From assembly GCA_964035545.1 (NCBI GenBank), contig OZ037767.1, forward strand, positions 25,994,628 to 26,058,627: a DNA stretch of 64,000 nucleotides, read 5' to 3'. Position numbers and translations under genes: made by a program. Of the stretch, positions 55,801-64,000 are shown piece after piece. Under the pieces are notes generated by a model. The model saw only the letters and a program-made list of their open reading frames with translations, was not told where the DNA came from and did no database searches. How positions within the stretch are numbered: position 1 is the first letter of the stretch; every line of letters starts with the position of its first letter. The stretch comes from Bugula neritina. Lineage: Eukaryota > Animalia > Bryozoa.

Positions 55801-58541
55801 ACCTGACAGTACATTACCTGACAGTACATTACCTGACAGTACATTACCTGGTAGTACATTACTTGTCAGTACACTACCTGACAGTACATTACCTGACAGT
55901 ACATTACCTGACAGTACATTACCTGACAGTACACTACCTGACAGTACACTACCTGACAGTACATTACCTGACAGTACATTACTATAGTATAACAGAAGAC
56001 TTACAGTAATAGCACTCTGGATCACTTGTGTGTCAGAGGAAAGTCTGTTGGTCAACTCTCCAGTCCTGTGAATGTAACAAAACATCAAAATATCGCAGCA
56101 ATAGAGAAATAGTGAGACAACATGCACAAGGTAAACCTGCTAGTAGAAAGAGTGATATTTGTTTAAAGACTGAAAAATACTCATAGTTGACTAAAGTTTC
56201 ACCCTAAAATAACTTCAGTAGCTGTTTTAATTGAATATGTCACACACATTATGAGATATAATTAGTGTTGGTATTACCTGGTAACATCAAAGAACTCGAT
56301 GTCTTGCTGAGTGATGAATGTAAAGAGTTGCACACGTATCCTAGCAACAAGACGCTGACCAGCCAACTCAAACACCCAGGCTCTGAAGAAACCAGCCACT
56401 CCGTACACACAGTAGATGAGGAAAAGAATTATTATAGTTCTATTTAGGGCGGCTGAAACAGCATAGAGTTGACATGTATTAACTAAAACACACCACTTTA
56501 CTATGATGAGTGTATGTCGCACAGAACTAGCATTAGCTGAGCAGTCTAGATACTGAGAAATTGGCAGAAACTTGCATGCACAAATATAATATCAACTCAC
56601 CCATAGAAGTCTGAGCTGCATCCACAACTTGACCAAAAAAGTAGGGGGCTATTATACCCGCCCCGCTTGTTAGCATTAAGCAGAAGCACCCTACACCAAT
56701 CAAAGGCAGTTCCTATCAAATAACAACATAATATCAATAATACACCCTTCAAAGTTAGGATATAAGAAATCGTAAAGTGTATAAGCCATAGAAGTGATTT
56801 AAACATGTATATAACTGGAGCAAAGTAAACGGAGTGTTGTTGAGAGAGTATAACTCCTACAATGTATGTATTATATTTTTGGTGACTCATTTAGCTATGG
56901 TATTGTATATCTAACAAGCTCTGATGTCATAAATAATATATTATATATAGTGACAACTTTCATACCGGTTTGGCAAGTGTCATCAGGCGACGCAAAGTGG
57001 CACCAGTTTTAATAAGATTTCCTTCAGAGTCCAACTCCACATTTTCCTGGTTCACAATATGCTTCTCAGCTCTACTGGCTATTGCAGGGTGCCGTATAAA
57101 CAGTACCGTAACCAGCAGTAACTCTATCACAGCCAAAGGCACTGAGGCTATGACGCTAGCATAATATGTGGGTGGCAGAACAGTGCCCTTAGAATGTGAC
57201 TCCAGCACTAAAGAACCCTGGTAACAGATAACTAGCAATAAATCACATGATCCAACACTAACCAACATTTACAAAATATACTTCATGAATGAACACTGCA
57301 TTTTATTGCCTACAAGAGTGCGAATTGTACGTTATTTATATTGGGGAAGCTCAACAGTGACGGTTTTCAACAAAGCATAGATTTCGACTTCAACCGGATT
57401 GGCAACAGGATTTGGTGGAATGCTCTCCATGACATCACTGATAACCTTGATGGAGTTTGACTAAACAACCCAGCTCCTTCAGCCAAGCATACTAAGCGGG
57501 TATTTTCACCAACTTAACGGCAAAATAATTAATTATGCATGCATGCGTTATTACAATAAGTAGCAGCTAATGTAAGTGATTTGGAGACGACAGCCTGAAT
57601 TGTACACAAGAGATACATGTAAGAGCAATAAGTGAGCTCTTGATCTGAAACTGACTGCACATAGAGTAACACTCACCTTAACTATTGTAAATATAGTAAT
57701 TGCTAGTGCAGTGATTAGAGCTGGTAGAAGCAAACGACGATCTGGAGTTATCTTCCTAACCAAATTATTTAAAGCTTTTCTCTCACTTTCATAAGAAAAT
57801 AGGAAAATAATTAGCCATTTACATGCTGATATGATGAAAAGATCAAATACTGAAGCAGTGAGAGTGTAGTTTGTGACACTCAGATATCTATCATGTGCCG
57901 ATCCACCTACAAAATTAACAACAATTTGAAAATGGCAGGTAAATATAAAAAGGTTCGCTCTGAAAGTTCAGAGTATGCACAAGTTTCCGAACTGCCTCCA
58001 AAAAACTACAGGGTAACGTAATGCTGATAAAAGGGTATTCTTGCAAATAGTCAACATAACAGCTCATCAGTACTGTAGGTAGCAGCAAAGAGATGAACAA
58101 AATTTGTTTCAACTAGGATTTATAGAACACGATTGAAATTCATACTATTACAGGTCATTGTTTAGTTGCAAGAAGCCATGTGTAGATGGTCAACCAACAA
58201 TTTGTGAATGTTGACACAAATGTATGTGGTACAACAAGCTAACTATAACCAAAAGTTAGTCCACTTTTAAGTTTATAAAACCAGCTTACAAATCAAACTC
58301 AAATCTATAAAATGATCTTGATATACAAGAGTTTACCTAAAATCCATAGCACCCCAGTGGCAATGATATCACAAATAAGAACTATGTTGTTGAGAGTAGT
58401 GAGGCGGAGAAAAGGAAGTGTGTAGTAGACACGGCAACCTTTAAACCATTCTTGATCTTCCAAACATTTGCTGTCACTATTGGCGAGGAGTTGTGCTTCC
58501 TCCTCTGTGAGCTCAGCACGATTTATAGGCATTGCCGGCAT
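49820..58541 (-). CDS. ABCB-family half transporter, ABCB9/TAP-like with N-terminal TMD0
   Basis: About 16 exons. Walker [14 protein letters not shown]-loop LVSQEPTLF, signature [19 protein letters not shown], Walker B/D-loop LLLDE|[11 protein letters not shown]-switch IIAHRLSTV; TMD motifs [23 protein letters not shown] and [14 protein letters not shown]; TMD0-like [10 protein letters not shown]. Confidence 0.93.
50512..50759. repeat. 42-bp tandem repeat x6 spanning an ABC-gene 3' splice site
   Basis: Unit gcactggttgcctagaaacacatgtatatacaacaatggagt; six essentially identical copies. Confidence 0.97.
52074..52186. repeat. 22-bp tandem repeat x5 spanning an ABC-gene 5' splice site
   Basis: Unit tactaaactgacctaatttcac; two copies are degenerate. 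Confidence 0.9.
52602..52700. repeat. Degenerate 10-bp (actactagtc)n tandem repeat next to a splice donor
   Basis: gctagtagtc actactagtc actattactt gctagtagta actactagtc gctactaatc actactagtc gctactagtt. Confidence 0.8.
53806..54050. repeat. 15-bp minisatellite (~16 copies) abutting a splice acceptor
   Basis: Unit attgYatttcaacac. Confidence 0.95.
55461..55983. repeat. 15-bp minisatellite (~35 copies)
   Basis: Unit acagtacattacctg (sense strand caggtaatgtactgt). Confidence 0.97.
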
Positions 58542-59959
58542 GACCTGTTTAAAAATATACAACAAACAACCTTTATTGTATTATAATTAATAAAGGTCAA
58601 AATGTGTAACTAAATTAGTAAACTTATTATATATAACACATTCTCGGTGCTTTTATAAAATACTATAAAATCTAAATTTATAAAATAAACTTTATTAGCT
58701 TTAATTATATATATATATAATTCAATGAACAGAAGCCAAAATACATAGAAACAAGATTTACTTAACTAAAAAGAAAACCTGAGTTGCACCTTGATATAGC
58801 TATAAATATAGCTATAGTATGTCAACAGTTTCACTCATTCAATATGAATATATCAAATACGACATGTCTTATATTTATATAAAAATATGACCAAGTACTG
58901 GCTTAAAATACATATCACAATCACTCTGATTATTACTAGTACTAATAGTATTAGCATAGATATAACTAAAAGAATGAATGTCATTTATTCTATAAAGATG
59001 ACCCAATATTTTATCATTATTATTCCCATCATCATTGTGGTATTGTCCGCTGTGAGTGTGCAATCAAAAATCTAAAAGTAAAATTCTAACACTAACTCTT
59101 GGGCAGTGACTGTAAGTGTGACTACAAGGCTGACATTTAATTAGTAATAATAATACTAATAGTAATAGTAATTAGGTTAAATTTATTTACAATAGATTTT
59201 AGGCAGTTGGTGCTACTTTTGGAGTTTAATAAAATAAATAAATCTATAACATTTTTCTACCAATAATTTTAAATTTATTACTCAAAGTTGACGTAAAACT
59301 GTGAGTTGAAGTCAAACTTAATTTAATCATTTTGACTATCACATTCATCAATATCTTTATCACTCAATGACTCATCAGTACCTTAATAATACTGACATTA
59401 ACAATGTGTAATTTAATCACGATGGCTATGAGTATAAGACTTGGCTGATCATGCTTTACAGTTTGAGTTTTATTTATATGTTTTACAGTTTGAGTCTGTC
59501 GATACCTGTCGAATTTTTTCACACTAAACCACCCTGTTGGGTAGAAGGGGCGTGCCACATTTTATATCATGGGTTACATGTATATACCTGTGGTTTTGGT
59601 AAAGATATATTTTAAAAAAAAGTAACGTACAGTGGATGCAAAACAGGCCTGCTTAGCTTGTCTGTGGTAAGAGTGCAGTAAGGGACTGCGCTTTGGTTGC
59701 TGTAGTTGATCTAATGTTCAAATCTCTAATTGTCTGTAGTAGAAAACTATTGTAATACTAATATTTATTTTGGTTGGCACTGTCTGGGCGAAGGTTAGTG
59801 TTACTAGTAATACCATAGTTAATGTTATACTTATAGTATCACTATCATTATGATTATGGGGATGATTATGATAATGGACCTTCGGAGCAATGGGCCTTCG
59901 GAATTTTGACTAGTCACCATGATTATGACTATCACTATGATAGATGATAATGATTAAGA

Positions 59960-60392
59960 AGTTAAAGTAAGTATAACTGTAAAACTAAATGTTAGTGTAA
60001 GTCAGTAGTCACTAACTTTAAGTTTAAATCAAGAGTATAACATTGTGATTAACTATAAGTATAACTTAAACTATTATCAATATCATTATATTTATTCATT
60101 ATGTATTCTTATTCTATAAGATTAACTTTAAAAGTTTAGCCTAACAAGTAGCACGTAACTACGTCTACTAAGGTCTAAGCCCTAAGTATAAGAGTAATAG
60201 CAACTCACAACTGTATAACTAAGACAGTAACTGTAAGACTAAGACTTAAAGTAAGTCTAACTCAGTAACTGTAAGTTAGTAAGTGTAACTGTAACTCAAA
60301 CAGTAACAGTAACTCTAAGTCTTACTCTTAGACTTAGTAACGCTAACGCCTAAAACTAAAAGTAAAAGTAACACTAGTGACTAACTGTAAGT
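59960..60392. repeat. Low-complexity hexamer-periodic tract (agtaac/ctaagt/actgta)
   Basis: e.g. cagtaactgtaagttagtaagtgtaactgtaactcaaacagtaacagtaactctaagt. Confidence 0.65.
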
Positions 60393-60900
60393 ATTTGTTG
60401 AGCATAAGACAAAGCGTGATATTGATATATAATTTCTATATTAACGCTATATTTATATCTTAAATTGCACAAATTGAAGAGTTTAATCGATTATTGATTA
60501 GCATATTGATATTCAACTGGTTACATAATTGAAGTTGCATAGCGATTGCGATGATCATGCACAAAATTGAGATATTTTATAAGCAGCGTTGAATTGGCGA
60601 TGAATGAGTGCAACAGTTTAAGATTCCTGGGTCGAGAGTTCCAAATTCCGACTCAAATCTCTAATTCTGAACCTGATCTTGTATTACTGCACTTAGTCAC
60701 CCCCAGTTTGAAGCTGCTTATAAAACAATTCTACAACATCATCTGGGCTTTGTCTAGTTTGAATTCACAACTAAAAATTTTGATAAATACGGGGAAGCAT
60801 TTTATGTCCCGTTTGCAAATTAAAAAAGACATATTTTTGAACATTTTTTCGAGTCCATTTACATGATTATAAAGTCATTAAACTTCGGCAGCTATAATCA
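60393..60900 (-). mobile_element. Probable degenerate 3' fragment of a CR1/L2-clade LINE
   Basis: The minus strand at ~60570-60700 reads ...NTRSG...*VGIWNSRPRNLKLLHSF, resembling the WN.LP..LK...S..F motif at the end of CR1/L2 ORF2. It is interrupted by a stop codon. Confidence 0.4.
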
Positions 60901-62849
60901 ATCACTATAATTATTATAAAAATAAAAGCATTTTTAAATAATGCATAATTATTTATTTTGAATGACAATTGCTACAATTATGCATTCTGTAGTCATATCT
61001 TATTAACAATTTTCGATGCTGGTGTACAGTAGTGAAAATTAATCGAGAGGACAACTCGAAGTTTTGATTATAAGTAAATAAATATTATATTATTAGTTTT
61101 TAATTCTAAGCTATGCTTTTAAGAAAACATGTCAAATTTACAGTTGATGGGCTAAAATTCTTTTATAAAAAAACATACAAGTACTTGTAGAATAATAATT
61201 TTAACTTGACACTTTTAAAGCATATCAATTGACTCATTGTTCAAAATTGCAACTCTTGATAGATATAATATAAGTAGGCTAAAATGTTAACCAACTGAAT
61301 GCATTAATTACTTTTTATCAAGAGACTATACTATATAACATTTGAAAAAATATGTTTTTAATCTTTGCAAACTAAACTATTTTACCCACTTGTTTCTTTG
61401 ATTATAAAAAATAGCATCTCTTATTATGTTGTGAAGAAATTAAATACCTTTAAATGCTACTTGATTGTGTTTTAGAGGTTTTTCTCACAAAGAAGTTGAT
61501 ATATGTTCAGCTTACTGAAATCAAAGAAGCTAATACTTTGCCTTGAATTGCTTTCCTTGTAAAAACAATAGCCAAAAGCAAATTACTAAACGTGCGGAGA
61601 ATGGGGAAAACAAGCATACTAGCTCATGCACTTAAGTATGCTCAAATTTACAACAATAATAAAAAGCTACGTTTTATGTAAATACTTTGAAAATTTTACA
61701 AAAAATATTCTCAAGCAGCAATTAGAAGCAGTAAAATAAACTGAAGATTCATATTAGTATGACTGTTCATTTCGCAAGCACTTTGTCTGTGATGGTCAAT
61801 AATGCTAACGACCACATTAGTGTGCTGATTCTGTTACATTCTAATGAAAGACAGCAGACAAAATAACTTTTAATTTACAGGTGCAAATATATAAAAGTAT
61901 GTAAAACAACAAAAGTAAAAATATAGAAAAGTACATAAAGCAATACAGGTAAAGGTATATACATAAGCTGTTACACAAGATGCAAGCATTAGTAGCTGCT
62001 TGCCAAGATATAAAACGTTTACCACATTTAGGAGTACAAATAAATTATTTGAGTAACAAAATAACATCAATAAATGTGTAATAGTGTGTAGCAGAGTTTG
62101 AATTAAAGGTTTACATGCAGTATATAATTTTTATTAGCCTTTCATGTATAATATTTATGTAATTTTATAAATTGAGTAGAACTTGATCACCGTTGTCATT
62201 GCTTTTACAAGAAATATTGAAAAATAGATCAAATTAACTTTAATCAATCACAAACTCTCAATTTAAAATAGTATTGTTAAAAAGTGCATATAGTCATAAA
62301 AACAGTATTGCTATTTTTAAAATTATATGTTTTCAATGCAAACGACTTCAATGAAAATGTTCAATGCTTACAAACACCAAGAAGCCAAATTTATATATAA
62401 TATACGTCAGTAGTATATAATTATATTATTTATTTTGACATGTTTAAACCTAGCTATAAATTTTATTCATGCAGTATTTTATCCATACCTGTAGCACATA
62501 GCAGCTTCTAACAACTCTCATTGTATTCAACAACAAATTGTGTACTACTAGAACATCGATAAGTTATAATACAGAAACAGATTTAAGAACTGTATTATCA
62601 TAAGACATAGCATCGATGCACTGCTGTTTTTGGGCAATACAATATAATTTTATACAATTTATAGCTGACAAAAATAGATAATATGTTTGATTTTGGAAAC
62701 TTTAAGATCACTGAATGGATGGTCTTGGAGAATTTCTAAGGTCATTCTTTTCTGTTTCTTTGCAACAGCCAATCATGGAACACAAATGATCTGATGCAGT
62801 AATCTTTATTCAAGTAACTGTACCATATCTCAGTTTATCTAAGGGGGCT

Positions 62850-63452
62850 CTATGGGCCACCACAATCAACTGGATTTCCTGAACATTCTGTCATCTTTTC
62901 TAGCCTAAGTTCTTCAACAAATATAAAGAACGAGGAGTTCCAACCTGTGTACGCGTTTCCAACTTGCATGCCTCTACATTCCATTGTGTTGTATGTAATA
63001 GACCTTGTTCCTGGTAGCACATCATGGCAGATGCCACTTACTAGAAACATACAGGCGCATGCAGGTGGTTTATATTTCAATGTGCAAGCAAGCAAGCAAT
63101 AAGAATCAAGTTGCATCACAGATCATGATATGCTGCATACCATTTTGTGAACAATTGTATAGCCTAAAATAAAATATTGTAATAACTTTCCATGCTTTTT
63201 ATCATGCAGTTTTCCAAGCTATTTTACATTTACTATGTTAACTAATGCTACTATACTATGTGTTACATTTGACATTTAAAATCATTTAACTCATCCTTCT
63301 TGGATGATGAAATATAGCAACACAACAATTTTTGTTTTACAGTAATTATCGTACCTTGCATAGGGTGATGATAAACGTTGGCATAGTTTATATAACTTTG
63401 ACCTGATATTTCACCTGGTGTTGTGCAAGGAGAACCATCTATTTCAAAATAC
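62850..63452 (-). CDS. 3' end of a gene encoding a CTHRC1 C-terminal domain (partial; upstream exons not identified in this window)
   Basis: Exons 63355-63452 and 62850-63040: YFEIDGSPCTTPGEISGQSYINYANVYHHPMQVSGICHDVLPGTRSITYNTMECRGMQVGNAYTGWNSSFFIFVEEL. This matches the CTHRC1 pattern WYF..NG.EC..P..I...H...V.G.C...C.....GDA.TGWNS...I.IEEL. Confidence 0.82.
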
Positions 63453-64000
63453 CTGTCAAAAGTATTCATTGACATTTCATTTCACAATCTCAATAAAATA
63501 ATTGGGAATTAGCGTTGTAAGCATTTAAAAGTTTAAATTATATTTATCTATGTTAGTTAGTGAGGGTCTAGCCAGTTTTATGCCTAGCATTTATAGAACA
63601 TTTACATAATCTGTCTTTAGTCTGGAAAAAGTGTGAACGTTTAACAGACATAAAAGAGACTAAAATAGACAAAAAATCCAAATTAACGATAAGCACCATT
63701 TAATTGGTCATTAAAATTTTAGTGACAGTAATTATTTCATTTCTACCACATTTTTCTGCTTAGCAATTTTCTGCTGTTTGTATCTCGTGTAAGACTTATT
63801 CACAGACTATTTATCATGTGTTTCGTCCAACGAGTGTGTGGCTGGTCATAACAAGAGGATAACTCACAAAAATCGTCACACGAAACTCGTGAGAATCACA
63901 CGAGTTCCGTGTGATTCTCACAAGCGTGAGACCAGGCCCTAAACCCTAATGTATCTAGCTATGAAATACAGTAACAATTGCAGCTGATGTCGTGGAAAAT

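Noticed and set aside
53688-56127. Repeat-peptide ORFs (CISTH, YNVLK, SGNVL, VMYCQ, HYLTV)
   Set aside because: These are translations of intronic 15-bp minisatellites, open in several frames on both strands.
59649-59730. tRNA/SINE-like A-box (tagcttgtctgtggt) and B-box (gttcaaatc)
   Set aside because: It cannot be folded into a cloverleaf and there is no second copy in the window; at most a SINE relic.
63830-63950. CpG-rich segment with short inverted repeats and a ccctaaaccctaa telomere-like motif
   Set aside because: Probably a transposon fragment, but too short and too near the window edge to classify. Two units do not make a telomeric array.

Overview
AT-rich, intron-containing genomic DNA from an invertebrate animal. 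An innexin and a FoxQ2-type Fox gene point to a non-vertebrate, plausibly a lophotrochozoan (inference). I reconstructed nine spliced genes by hand from GT-AG junctions and reading-frame phase: eIF1A (-), a degenerate membrane-anchored VWA7-like gene (+, head-to-head with eIF1A), PAXBP1/GCFC (-), a small orphan membrane protein with a duplicated exon (+), a highly divergent innexin (+), a type-I transmembrane mucin-like receptor (+), a divergent FoxQ2-like forkhead gene (-), an ABCB9/TAPL-like half ABC transporter (-), and the 3' end of a CTHRC1-domain gene (-). Introns hold MITE-like elements and mini/microsatellites, and a probable LINE fragment lies in intergenic DNA. Most unusual: (i) ABC-gene introns whose tandem repeats copy the gene's own splice sites (6 identical acceptors, 5 donor-spanning units, about 35 CAG|GTAATG junction-like motifs); (ii) a ~190-bp near-perfect hairpin 30 nt inside eIF1A intron 1; (iii) an Arg46->His change in the conserved eIF1A GNGR loop; (iv) several divergent or apparently pseudo-enzymatic membrane proteins. 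All homology calls come from recalled motifs, not database searches.
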